Sequence record: OL631482.1
DNA: 64,000 nt
From: Escherichia phage ECML-359
Direction: 5' to 3' (one strand)
Shown: one piece after another, positions 20,276-30,126 of the stretch
Layout: every line of letters starts with the position of its first letter
Position numbering within the stretch: the first letter of the stretch is position 1
Notes under the pieces: generated by a model
Told to the model about the DNA's origin: nothing
Databases searched by the model: none
What the model saw: only the letters and a program-made list of their open reading frames with translations
Program-made: the position numbers and the translations under genes

Positions 20276-21099
20276 CAATTACCCCCTTGGCCACCGGTCG
20301 GTTGATTGTACCAGTATTCAATACCAGTACCTACACGCTGGCCATATTGATATGGATATGCTGGATTATATCCAGGAGTCCACGGTTGACCAGGCTGCCA
20401 GCCTTGCTGCATTTGTTGTTGAAGGCGTCGAGTTTCACGAAACAGCTCTTCCAGTTTACGGAGTTCATCTGGAGTGAATTCTGGTTTGACTGGTTCATCT
20501 TTGTGTTTCAGTTTAAGCTGTCCAGCAACATCGTCCCAATTAAAAACTTTGGAAGCTGTTTTAGGAATAGCATCACGTTCGCCGCGGGCCATCCAATAAA
20601 CCGGAACCTCAAGAATTTCACTCGCATGGTCGCAATGGTGTGCAAGGTCATCAATATAACAAATGACATTATATTTGTCTTTTGCCTTCTGAAACAAATC
20701 CTCTTTAGAGGCTGTATGGCCACACATCATCACTTCTTTAAACGCTCCAGGGAACAAAGCATTCAGGTTAAATTGACGATTCAAGCGTGCGTCAATGGAA
20801 TCACCCAGGGCTGTAACAGCCACAAAATCATATTGCTCTTTGAGGTTATTGATAACCCTTAATGCATCCGCATAAGGAGACAAATAGCGAATAAAGTCTG
20901 AACAGTTATATTTTTCAATTAACTGCGCGCCTAACTCTTCATCACAATTGAAAAGTTTACCAGGGGTCACAAATTTTTCGTCCTGAATCATCTTAAGGAT
21001 ATGTTCCAGGGGTAAATTATATTTTTGAGCGAAATAAGGTAAGCCAGACTGCCATGACAAACATACGCCATCAATATCTGTTAAAATAACGGGTTTCAT
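20275..21099 (-). CDS. HAD-like hydrolase with Q/P/Y/G-rich C-terminal tail (T4 30.2 position)
   Basis: N-terminal DIDGV HAD motif I; C-terminal low-complexity tail QQQMQQGWQPGQPWTPGYNPAYPYQYGQRVGTGIEYWYNQPTGGQGGN. Confidence 0.6.
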   Translation of the reverse strand: MKPVILTDIDGVCLSWQSGLPYFAQKYNLPLEHILKMIQDEKFVTPGKLFNCDEELGAQLIEKYNCSDFIRYLSPYADALRVINNLKEQYDFVAVTALGDSIDARLNRQFNLNALFPGAFKEVMMCGHTASKEDLFQKAKDKYNVICYIDDLAHHCDHASEILEVPVYWMARGERDAIPKTASKVFNWDDVAGQLKLKHKDEPVKPEFTPDELRKLEELFRETRRLQQQMQQGWQPGQPWTPGYNPAYPYQYGQRVGTGIEYWYNQPTGGQGGN

Positions 21100-21554
21100 A
21101 ATGCATCTCTCAATTGGTTAAGTATGTCAATAAATTCTTGTTCAGTCAATATTGTATCATGAACAGTAAGGTGGCTCGCCATCGAATGCTTTAAAACTTT
21201 GCCTTTTGTGGATTGTAACGCATTGCGGAATCCTTGGTTCTGGAGCGCTGCTTCAAAATATGCATTTGTATACAGCTCTTTCCATGCTGCAGAGTATCTT
21301 GAAAAGGGAATTCCAAGCCAGAAAAGCGTCCCACGGTCCGCAGCTCTTGCATAAGCTCTTCCACTTTGCTGGGCGGCCAATCCGGACATCCCAAATATAC
21401 GTTTTTGTTGTTCATGATTTCTCACCTTGCACCCTTGTAGGAAGCCTTCAAGACCTCCAAACTGGATACCCTCCATAACAAAAGGCCATTTAGCAAAGTT
21501 ACTTAATGCACATGATGGCCATGGGAAATTGCTTCTGATTTCTAACTCAGACAT
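21096..21554 (-). CDS. NADAR/YbiA-like (DUF1768) domain protein (T4 30.3 position)
   Basis: Motif LSNFAKWPF matches the YbiA/NADAR signature FSNFAAWP. Start set at the first ATG (Met4). Confidence 0.55.
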   Translation of the reverse strand: MSELEIRSNFPWPSCALSNFAKWPFVMEGIQFGGLEGFLQGCKVRNHEQQKRIFGMSGLAAQQSGRAYARAADRGTLFWLGIPFSRYSAAWKELYTNAYFEAALQNQGFRNALQSTKGKVLKHSMASHLTVHDTILTEQEFIDILNQLRDAL

Positions 21555-21759
21555 TTTTGACACTGATAATCTCTACATCAGCCCAATGACCATAACCAGG
21601 TAAACGGTCTTTAATAGATAATCCGCCGTCAGATTTCAGCATTTTAATTGTTTTAGTATATGGTTCAATATTTCGGGCCCATGGACTTACGTCAGTCACG
21701 CGATAAGTAACTTCAACCATTTCTGTTCCCAAAATTTTCTGAATCAGTTTCTTAAACAT
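21547..21759 (-). CDS. hypothetical protein
   Basis: 70-aa ORF in the 30.x cluster. Confidence 0.45.
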   Translation of the reverse strand: MFKKLIQKILGTEMVEVTYRVTDVSPWARNIEPYTKTIKMLKSDGGLSIKDRLPGYGHWADVEIISVKNV

Positions 21760-21760
21760 A

Positions 21761-21955
21761 TTATCCTCGCTTTAAACATTTGATTACAGACAACTCACCA
21801 CCCATGCGAACGTCTTCAGTTCCATCAACCCACAAGACTGCATATGCTTCTTTAATTTGGGTATTGCCTAATTTAAACGCAGGCAGGACCTTTGAAATCA
21901 TTCCAGGAATACCCACACCTTTTAACTGAACAGTTTGTGATAAGAATAATTTCAT
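21761..21955 (-). CDS. hypothetical protein
   Basis: 64-aa ORF in the 30.x cluster. Confidence 0.45.
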   Translation of the reverse strand: MKLFLSQTVQLKGVGIPGMISKVLPAFKLGNTQIKEAYAVLWVDGTEDVRMGGELSVIKCLKRG

Positions 21956-22245
21956 TAGAACCTCATCTGGAAACCGTGTGATTTAACATTACCGCCATTA
22001 ATATCAGATGAATTAATTTCACGTGCTGCAATTGGGGCAATATCAATGTCGCGTCTAAGCTTGGTGATTGCCAGAGTATCGCGTCCATTAACAGTCCGGA
22101 ATTCTAGTGGGCAAACTACATCAACATAGTTCTTAATGGAATCACGTGTTGGTTCACACCCAGCAGGAACATTAGGGCCTTTTTTAGAGAAAACAACTTC
22201 ACAGAAATTTTTACGTGTATCAAAGTAAGTAGTCATAAACATAGT
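21955..22245 (-). CDS. hypothetical protein
   Basis: Start placed at the internal Met with a GAGGAAA RBS (96 aa). Confidence 0.45.
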   Translation of the reverse strand, partial: TMFMTTYFDTRKNFCEVVFSKKGPNVPAGCEPTRDSIKNYVDVVCPLEFRTVNGRDTLAITKLRRDIDIAPIAAREINSSDINGGNVKSHGFQMRF

Positions 22246-22279
22246 ATTTTCCTCAAGGGGCTTTCGCCCCCATTTAAGA

Positions 22280-22645
22280 TTAGATATCAAATTCATTAAG
22301 AACTACATCAAAGATTGCTTCCAGGTGTTCAGGTTTTGCTTTGTTGCTCAGGATGTGACGAATCCAAGTTTTAACCAGAAGCTTGCGATTAACACCATTC
22401 CAGCAAGGATGAGTCCCTAAATCACGTTCACGGAAATCATCATCTAATGCGATTTTGAATACCGAACCTTCCATCGTGATTGAAAGAGTGATACCATTTT
22501 CAAATCGCATATAAACGTAGTTAGGAGTCATATATTGTTCAATTTCACACACTGAACCGTTTTGATGTTTCCACAAGCAAATAACTTCAGAAGAACCTGG
22601 GATGCAGTTAGAAACATATTTGCGTTCAAAGTTGATGTAGTTCAT
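22280..22645 (-). CDS. hypothetical protein
   Basis: 121-aa ORF preceded by the conserved RBS CTGGAGAATAAAATG. Confidence 0.5.
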   Translation of the reverse strand: MNYINFERKYVSNCIPGSSEVICLWKHQNGSVCEIEQYMTPNYVYMRFENGITLSITMEGSVFKIALDDDFRERDLGTHPCWNGVNRKLLVKTWIRHILSNKAKPEHLEAIFDVVLNEFDI

Positions 22646-22716
22646 TTTATTCTCCAGTTGTTTTCATTTGTTGGTACAGGTCTATAATATCATAACCTGT
22701 ACCAAAGTAAACTGTT

Positions 22717-23085
22717 TTATGCGACTTTAATCCAATTATCTAAATTTAATTCACCTTTAGCTTTCATTTTTTCAATCAGAAGGTCTGCAGTGGTGCGACC
22801 ATTTTGATACCATGTAACATCTTCAGAATAACCAGTTTCTTCATCTTCATAGGTCTTACAACGAATCTTACCCAAAATCAAAGTTTTCAGTTCGTAGGTA
22901 TCACCAGTAAAAAAGTTTGTTACCATAATTTTCCAGGAGAAGTCATCAGAAGGACCTTCAGGAGTCATACAACCAACAAATTCAAACTGTTCTTTATACA
23001 AGTGCCATTGCATTTCTTTAGTTTCAATGGCTTTGTAACCGTCGTGGTCTTTACCTTTGATGTATGAGTTAAGATTGATTTTCAT
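22717..23085 (-). CDS. hypothetical protein
   Basis: 122-aa ORF preceded by an early promoter and the conserved leader motif. Confidence 0.5.
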   Translation of the reverse strand: MKINLNSYIKGKDHDGYKAIETKEMQWHLYKEQFEFVGCMTPEGPSDDFSWKIMVTNFFTGDTYELKTLILGKIRCKTYEDEETGYSEDVTWYQNGRTTADLLIEKMKAKGELNLDNWIKVA

Positions 23086-23106
23086 TTTATTCTCCAGTGT
23101 TTTATT

Positions 23107-23131
23107 GTGTAACTCAGTATGGAATCATTAT
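23107..23131 (-). repeat. conserved 25-nt early-leader motif, copy 1 of 4 (plus-strand gtgtaactcagtatggaatcattat)
   Basis: The same 25-mer recurs near 40358, 57266 and 61493, each immediately downstream of an early promoter -10 on the minus strand. Confidence 0.6.
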
Positions 23132-23156
23132 GCACTGGGCAAATCCTGTTGTAAAC
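23126..23156 (-). promoter_or_regulatory. T4-type early promoter (-35 GTTTACA, -10 cATAAT)
   Basis: Minus strand reads ggggTTTACAacaggatttgcccagtgcATAATGattcc. Confidence 0.5.
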
Positions 23157-23173
23157 CCCTTTATGGAAAATAA

Positions 23174-23200
23174 AAAAGGGACTCCGAAGAGTCCCTGAAC
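23174..23200 (-). terminator. rho-independent terminator
   Basis: GGGACTC-ttcg-GAGTCCC hairpin followed by TTTTTTATTTT on the minus strand. Confidence 0.6.
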
Positions 23201-23362
23201 TTATGCTTTCGGCTTACCAAAGCAAGCTGCATCGGCGCGCAATACCGCACGAGCACGAGCCTGAAGTTTATCAGTCACCTGATTGATTCGCTTGTTGGAC
23301 GCACGCTTGTAACCAGCGCGTTTGGAGGAGCCATCAACAACTTTAACTTCTTTCTTAGCCAT
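23201..23362 (-). CDS. small basic protein (53 aa)
   Basis: Hand-found ORF MAKKEVKVVDGSSKRAGYKRASNKRINQVTDKLQARARAVLRADAACFGKPKA, immediately followed by a terminator. Confidence 0.4.
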   Translation of the reverse strand: MAKKEVKVVDGSSKRAGYKRASNKRINQVTDKLQARARAVLRADAACFGKPKA

Positions 23363-23759
23363 ATTAAATTCTCTTTAAAATAGAAGCAGGACTTATTGGC
23401 ATTGCCTGCGCAAGCCCTCGAAGGGAACATTAGGTTTCGGATATTTAACGACAGGATAACCATAAACCTCGTCATCATACCTTATAGCTCTTATCTGTTG
23501 CACACCGTTAGCTTAAAGGTTCCGGGTTCGATTTCTCGAGGATAAGATATATACTGATGGATATATAGGCCTTGAGGCGTACTCCCGATTGGCCATCACC
23601 TCGGGGTAGCATGCACTTGCCGCTATAAGAATAACATTCAAGAGGTACACCGTAAAACTGCCGGGGTCTTAAAACTATAATGATTCGCAAATCATTAATC
23701 AGACGGTTCGACGGCTCCTCGATTTTCTAGCCGCACTAAGGTAGCGAATCACCTACAGC

Positions 23760-24014
23760 TTACTTCAGGGTTACGACAAAATGGCGAACAGCTTTACGGG
23801 CAGCAGATGCCAGCGGCTTAGCAAATTTCAGTTCATCTTTTGCTTCGAGCACTGCGCGAAGGTCGGTTTGAACCGGGTTAAGATGTTTGAAATACTGCAG
23901 AATTTCCAGTGCTTCGGCTTCAACATCAATAGATGCGCCGTAGTTTTCGTGACCGTTATTCCATGCAGTGCGTTGCAGTTCGAGAGCGTGTTGTAATTGT
24001 TTGTTTAAAGACAT
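23760..24014 (-). CDS. rIII: rIII lysis-inhibition accessory protein
   Basis: Start placed at internal Met24 (84 aa; T4 rIII is 82 aa); sequence MSLNKQLQHALELQRTAWNNG... Confidence 0.7.
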   Translation of the reverse strand: MSLNKQLQHALELQRTAWNNGHENYGASIDVEAEALEILQYFKHLNPVQTDLRAVLEAKDELKFAKPLASAARKAVRHFVVTLK

Positions 24015-24185
24015 TTTAGAAGCCTCAATATGAGGTGAATATTTGGTGGACACGTTCTTCTGAATTTCACTTCCTTTCGGCAAGTCTCTCAGTTGTAGTC
24101 CACCGTTTAGGATTAGCTAACCCCATACACCAGCAAAGCTCTGTATGACATCAACCAATCCATATTATTATTTATAACGCTAATT

Positions 24186-24533
24186 TTACTTATAAAGACA
24201 AGGAACAGCTTTATAATGACAGGTCACAAATTTCTGCTTAACTTCTTTAGCCTGCTTAAGTCCCAGTGCAACCAGAGGATGTGGAACGTTTGCAATCTTG
24301 CCAACCGGAAGAGGAGTCAAATCACCTACTTCGCAGAATCCTTCAGGAACATCCGGACCAACCGAAAATACTTCACACATCTCCGGGATTTCACCCTGAT
24401 GGAGTTTTCCGATAACGATACCTGATGCCGTAGTTTCTTCATCACCAGCTTGCTTTGGCTCAGAAACCAAAATAATATATTCACCTACTGCTTTAATTGG
24501 TAATTCCATATTTAATCCATGTTGTTTGGTCAT
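24186..24533 (-). CDS. 31: gp31 co-chaperonin (GroES-like)
   Basis: Strong similarity to T4 gp31 (...[19 protein letters not shown]...[15 protein letters not shown]). Confidence 0.85.
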   Translation of the reverse strand: MTKQHGLNMELPIKAVGEYIILVSEPKQAGDEETTASGIVIGKLHQGEIPEMCEVFSVGPDVPEGFCEVGDLTPLPVGKIANVPHPLVALGLKQAKEVKQKFVTCHYKAVPCLYK

Positions 24534-24564
24534 GTATTAATAATAACATGCATTGTTTGAAGCA

Positions 24565-24864
24565 TTAAAGGACTAGCAAAGTCTCGGTCTGCAGTCCATT
24601 CACGGAAATCAATTTATTGAAACAGAATGAACGCCATTCATTAAGCTTGGTATCAAATACCCGGATATAGCTAACTGGTTCTTTATTGACTTCTGGTCCA
24701 GGGGCCTGGATTTCTTTATACGGAAGCAGGTCCAGGTCGCGAGTACAAGTCATACGACGGATGCTACCATCTGCTTTTTCAAACAGAACTTCATGAAAGC
24801 CGACAGACAAGATAGTCTTGACTTTTTCGCGAAGGCGAATTGTTTCTTGTTCAGTTAAAATCAT
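24565..24864 (-). CDS. hypothetical protein (T4 31.1 position)
   Basis: 99-aa ORF. Confidence 0.5.
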   Translation of the reverse strand: MILTEQETIRLREKVKTILSVGFHEVLFEKADGSIRRMTCTRDLDLLPYKEIQAPGPEVNKEPVSYIRVFDTKLNEWRSFCFNKLISVNGLQTETLLVL

Positions 24865-24866
24865 AA

Positions 24867-25100
24867 TTATTCCAAAACAGTTTTAATAGTGGTTGCATTA
24901 CGCTCTTTTAGAGCACTCAGCAGGGATTTACATTTTTCAAAAACCGGGTCCGTTTTATACCGGATGCTTTCGTCAATCCATTCGGATTTATAGTAAGACT
25001 TCCAGCGAGAGAAGAAATACTTTTTGTATTCCACCGAAAAAGAGATTATACCCGTCCCCCGAGGACTAAGGCTGGTTATTTTAACCATACGAAATTTCAT
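24867..25100 (-). CDS. hypothetical protein (T4 31.2 position)
   Basis: 77-aa ORF. Confidence 0.5.
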   Translation of the reverse strand: MKFRMVKITSLSPRGTGIISFSVEYKKYFFSRWKSYYKSEWIDESIRYKTDPVFEKCKSLLSALKERNATTIKTVLE

Positions 25101-25681
25101 TATTCACCACAAAATTCGTTAATGTTTTCCCAGTTCAATTTGTCTAGACTACGCTTAGGCACATTGAACACCTCAATTCCCGCGTTCTTCAGGATATCAT
25201 CCCAACCAGGAATATTCTTATCATACGTTTCACAGTAAACCAATTTCTTGATTCCTGATTGAGAAATTGCCTTTGCACAGTCAGGACAAGGGGAAAGCGT
25301 CACATACATAGTAGCGCCTTCAATTGACGAACCCATCCTTGCTGCAAACAGAATTGCATTAAGCTCAGCATGGATTTCGTTGTTCTTTGACCAGGCAGAA
25401 TGGGCTTCGCGATGGGCTTTCGCCAATACAAAACGGTCAACATTACTGAATCTCACACATTCTGGCTTGTGACCGGGGACGAGAACGGGTTTAGGTTTAT
25501 TCAGTAACCAACCTTGCTCTTCCGCATGCTCGCAACAGTTGACCCCACCTGCAGGGGAACCATTATACCCTGTAGAAATAATGCGCCCATTCTTTTCAAT
25601 AACAGCTCCCACTTTCCAGGAGCAACATTTGGATTCTTGAGATACAAGGTATGCGATTTGCAGAACAGTAGTTGGTTTCAT
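25100..25681 (-). CDS. cd: dCMP deaminase
   Basis: 193 aa, same length as T4 Cd; zinc-binding motifs HAE and PCPDC. Confidence 0.9.
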   Translation of the reverse strand: MKPTTVLQIAYLVSQESKCCSWKVGAVIEKNGRIISTGYNGSPAGGVNCCEHAEEQGWLLNKPKPVLVPGHKPECVRFSNVDRFVLAKAHREAHSAWSKNNEIHAELNAILFAARMGSSIEGATMYVTLSPCPDCAKAISQSGIKKLVYCETYDKNIPGWDDILKNAGIEVFNVPKRSLDKLNWENINEFCGE

Positions 25682-26017
25682 TTACATCACCACGAGATAA
25701 TTGGTTTTAATAGTTTCAACACGATATAATTCATGTCGCAATTTAGTAATGCTCTTAACATGTGTTGTAATTATACTATCACCGTCGCTGAAGCGTTTTT
25801 TCTTATCGTCAAAAATCACCCCAAACATTCGCTCACCAATTTCTACAGGAGCTTCTGTGATAACAACCGCATCATAATTACTTGGGTGAATACTTTTAAA
25901 CAGAGCATCATTCGCAAGCGTTACTTTGATAAATGCAGTTGTTTCTGGGTCCAACTTACGATGGTCACCTAAATCATTTTTAAGTGATTCTTTGAAAATA
26001 TCCATTAAATTCATCAT
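25682..26017 (-). CDS. hypothetical protein (cd.1 position)
   Basis: 111-aa ORF. Confidence 0.5.
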   Translation of the reverse strand: MMNLMDIFKESLKNDLGDHRKLDPETTAFIKVTLANDALFKSIHPSNYDAVVITEAPVEIGERMFGVIFDDKKKRFSDGDSIITTHVKSITKLRHELYRVETIKTNYLVVM

Positions 26018-26259
26018 TGAATATACACTCGCTGCGCTTCAACCAGACCATCAGAACCCAATTTTAGTTGGGTCAACTGGTCACCACCTTTTAGAGTAAT
26101 TTTAGGATTAATGACAATCATAAAACTGCGTGCAGATTCCTGAATAACTTGCAAAGTCGCGGCAGGGAATCGCTGTGATACGCGGTTAATCATCTCTTGA
26201 GCAAATGCCTTCACTTTTTCGTGAAACTCTTCAACAGTAATTGGGGTTTCGCTAAGCAT
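26014..26259 (-). CDS. hypothetical protein (cd.2 position)
   Basis: 81-aa ORF with overlapping start and stop. Confidence 0.5.
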   Translation of the reverse strand: MLSETPITVEEFHEKVKAFAQEMINRVSQRFPAATLQVIQESARSFMIVINPKITLKGGDQLTQLKLGSDGLVEAQRVYIQ

Positions 26260-26801
26260 CAGATTGTCTCCTGTTTAACTTGTTTAACGATAGAAACTTT
26301 TGCGATATCGCCTTTGATAATATAGCAATCTTCTGCAGTACCACGGTTTAACAGACGCTCGGCTTCGCCTTCCGCATATTCTTTTGACACATGACGAGAG
26401 TTAATCTCAATCTTGCCATTTTTAACCACAAGCAATTTCCAAACTGATGCAAGTTTTACTGGCACAGGTTCAACTTCTGGCTTAACACCAACTTCCGCCT
26501 GGATGAAATAATCAAATTCATCTGACAATGGACCAGCGGAAACAAACATTGCTCCACGATGCCTATTCTGTGCGCCAGATATTTTTGCCAAATCCACAAA
26601 ATCATTTTCATCAATCAAACGAATCTCACAAACTTTTTTACCGCCGCTAACAGTATCAGGTAAAATCTTAACTTCAAACGGAGTCATACCGATGTATCCA
26701 GCAATTTGGTAATTAGCTGCCCAACCACCGGAGACAAATTGTTTTTTGGCATTTTCAGATACAAATTTGTAAAACTTACCTTCTTCAAAGAAATTACTCA
26801 T
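26259..26801 (-). CDS. hypothetical protein (cd.3 position)
   Basis: 180-aa ORF preceded by the RBS motif ACACATGAGGAAAACAAA. Confidence 0.55.
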   Translation of the reverse strand: MSNFFEEGKFYKFVSENAKKQFVSGGWAANYQIAGYIGMTPFEVKILPDTVSGGKKVCEIRLIDENDFVDLAKISGAQNRHRGAMFVSAGPLSDEFDYFIQAEVGVKPEVEPVPVKLASVWKLLVVKNGKIEINSRHVSKEYAEGEAERLLNRGTAEDCYIIKGDIAKVSIVKQVKQETI

Positions 26802-26861
26802 TTTGTTTTCCTCATGTGTCGATGAAATTCATTATACACCATCCGTGGTGAAAGTAAACAC

Positions 26862-27140
26862 TTAAATTGCTTCTGCAATTGCAGTTTGATTCTGGAAGTC
26901 AACCTTGCACGAAACGGTCAAAGTGGCTCCATCAATTTTAAACGGAACAATTGCGAATGCTGCACCAGACGTGAGTTTGACAGTGATTGCATCAACTGCA
27001 TCCGGGAACATGATTTCCAGAATAGCAGACAAACGACCGTGCACCTTTAGTTCAGTCGACACGTCGACGCTTTCGTATAGATAATCAGATACAATCTGAC
27101 TAAAAACTACTTTAACAATTTCAGAATACGTAGGAAACAT
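26862..27140 (-). CDS. hypothetical protein (cd.4 position)
   Basis: 92-aa ORF. Confidence 0.5.
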   Translation of the reverse strand: MFPTYSEIVKVVFSQIVSDYLYESVDVSTELKVHGRLSAILEIMFPDAVDAITVKLTSGAAFAIVPFKIDGATLTVSCKVDFQNQTAIAEAI

Positions 27141-27187
27141 TTCTTTTCTCGCTTAGTTATTGGGGTTATCCAAAGGACCTAGACCCA

Positions 27188-27213
27188 TTATAACATAAAA
27201 TTTTTAAAGCGTT
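27188..27213 (-). promoter_or_regulatory. middle-promoter-like element (MotA-like box AACGCTTTA, 12-nt spacer, TATAAT)
   Basis: Minus strand reads taACGCTTTAaaaattttatgtTATAATgggtctaggtcc; shares the post -10 sequence GGTCTAG with the other two middle promoters. Confidence 0.4.
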
Positions 27214-27427
27214 AATGGACGGTATGCACCTTGACATTAACGATGAATCGGTCAATGACTTCAGTCAGCGGAACGAATTCAACATAATATTCGCCCTTGT
27301 ATCGTTCGTTGATATCATTACGCAGTGCAGCCAGGTTGTTGATAAGAGCAGGAGACATATTCTGCCCTACCAGTTTCTGAAGCTCTTTATAAGCTTCTTC
27401 TTCAACTTCATGGTGTTTGTTATACAT
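27212..27427 (-). CDS. hypothetical protein (cd.5 position)
   Basis: Start placed at internal Met (MYNKHH...); overlaps the upstream stop by 8 nt. Confidence 0.45.
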   Translation of the reverse strand: MYNKHHEVEEEAYKELQKLVGQNMSPALINNLAALRNDINERYKGEYYVEFVPLTEVIDRFIVNVKVHTVH

Positions 27428-27616
27428 AATGTTCTTCCAAGAAGGCCAAGAGTTCTGGAGCGGATTTAAAGATACCGCCATCAACCTTGTCTTCATCTTT
27501 ATAGTCCATTACATCCAGGCCAATACGTCCATCGGTTAAAGGCCACACGCCGAAGAAAAAGCATTTACGTTTTTCAATTTCTTCGATTGTACGAAAAATC
27601 TTTTCGATATTATTCA

Positions 27617-27617
<1 letters not shown>
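27420..27617 (-). CDS. hypothetical protein
   Basis: 65-aa ORF. Confidence 0.45.
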
Positions 27618-28835
<1,218 letters not shown>

Positions 28836-28839
<4 letters not shown>

Positions 28840-29318
28840 ACACCAAGCTCCTTATAAAGTTCTTCGCGGCAGGTTTTAAGGATTTTACCAGTTTCATAAG
28901 CTGCACTTTCAGAAACATCACCAAGTGCAGCGGCAGATTGCATTTGACCATGGCGTTTAGCTGCATATTCAAAACTTTTTACTAGCTCACGAATACGTTC
29001 TTTTTCATTGTACTCTTCAATGAATTCAGGGTATTCCCAAACTGGGCGCATCATACGATACCACTGTTGGATGGTAATATAATTACTTCCATCCAGATTA
29101 ATAATTTGCGAAGGCTTAATAGCGCCCGGGGCATAAAAAGTTACCTGTCTTACTACATCAATACCGTCCACAATAGCCCAAGCAAAATCGAAAGTTGCCT
29201 TCTTTTCAATTGGTGTACTTGCACAGGACCCTAATTTTAAGAGCTTTTGTAATGCAGGGGATTTAACACCTGAAATGTATTCAGGATTAGCTACAAAAGA
29301 ATTGTCACGTAAAGTCAT
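28836..29318 (-). CDS. hypothetical protein
   Basis: Start moved to Met13, because the ORF-track ATG lies inside the -10 element of an early promoter. Confidence 0.45.
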
Positions 29319-29352
29319 AGTCATTTCCTCAAATTTTATAATCCGTAGGAGC

Positions 29353-29384
29353 ATTATACTCTGCTCCCATGAGTTTGTACACTA
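29353..29384 (-). promoter_or_regulatory. early promoter cassette (GTGTACA -35, TATAAT -10)
   Basis: Minus strand reads aagtaGTGTACAaactcatgggagcagagTATAATgc; near-identical copies at about 59880 and 60293. Confidence 0.5.
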
Positions 29385-29485
29385 CTTTCCAAAAAGACCT
29401 TGAACACATAAAGTGGCCGCAATTCCAAAACAAAAACAGAATGCACCAAATCTAACAATATCCCAACCAAGGCTACAGGTCTCTA

Positions 29486-29776
29486 TCATTTGCAACGTTC
29501 CTCTTTTAGTTCAGAACGATAATAACATAACATACCTTTTTGGTCACGTACATATCTTTTTACATCATTCATCCAAATCCTGAATTCTTGCGATGCTTCA
29601 AAAGGCATACCAACCCAGGCTTGGCCCTCAATTACCTTCACTTCCCATTGCTGTTTGTAATCAGCCAATGCAACAGGCCAATTAGGATGAACTTGGATTG
29701 TGGGCTCCACAACGGGCTTCTGGGCACATGAAACGAGTCCAATAGCCAAACATACTGCCATGATAGATTTCATCAT
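29486..29776 (-). CDS. pseT.2: o-spanin, outer-membrane lipoprotein (T4 pseT.2 type)
   Basis: Signal peptide with lipobox (MMKSIMAVCLAIGLVSC), 96 aa; ATGA overlap with the i-spanin gene. Confidence 0.7.
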   Translation of the reverse strand: MMKSIMAVCLAIGLVSCAQKPVVEPTIQVHPNWPVALADYKQQWEVKVIEGQAWVGMPFEASQEFRIWMNDVKRYVRDQKGMLCYYRSELKEERCK

Positions 29777-30126
29777 TTGGTGAGCTCCTGGAAGTCCTGG
29801 GCGAACTTATCAAAAGACTGATTAATCTGTTTTTCAACTAATTTAGGCTTCGCTGCCACAACCTTAGTACGTTTTGCATCTGCACGAAGTTTATCATTTT
29901 CCTTCTGTAAGTGTTCAACATATTCCTGGCGCTGTTGGTCAAGGAGATTAATTTGATTAACCTGGTCTTTTATTGATTGCAGATTTTTCGCATTATCTTC
30001 TGCGACTTTGGTGACTTCCGCCACCGCTGTCTTGAGATTATCCACTTTTGCTTTTAGATAGAAACCACTACCAGCAGTTACTACCAGGGCGAGCATAAGC
30101 CCTGCAGTGAGATTACTTATTTGCAT
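29773..30126 (-). CDS. pseT.3: i-spanin, N-terminal TM helix plus periplasmic coiled coil (T4 pseT.3 type)
   Basis: N-terminal hydrophobic helix LTAGLMLALVVTAGSGFYL followed by a charged coiled coil, 117 aa. Confidence 0.7.
   Translation of the reverse strand: MQISNLTAGLMLALVVTAGSGFYLKAKVDNLKTAVAEVTKVAEDNAKNLQSIKDQVNQINLLDQQRQEYVEHLQKENDKLRADAKRTKVVAAKPKLVEKQINQSFDKFAQDFQELTK

Noticed and set aside
23400-23760. Possible tRNA gene (GGTTCGATT T-loop-like segment) in the non-coding gap below rIII
   Set aside because: No acceptor, D or anticodon stems could be paired by eye around the T-loop-like sequence on either strand. It is left as an unexplained non-coding region rather than an RNA gene call.
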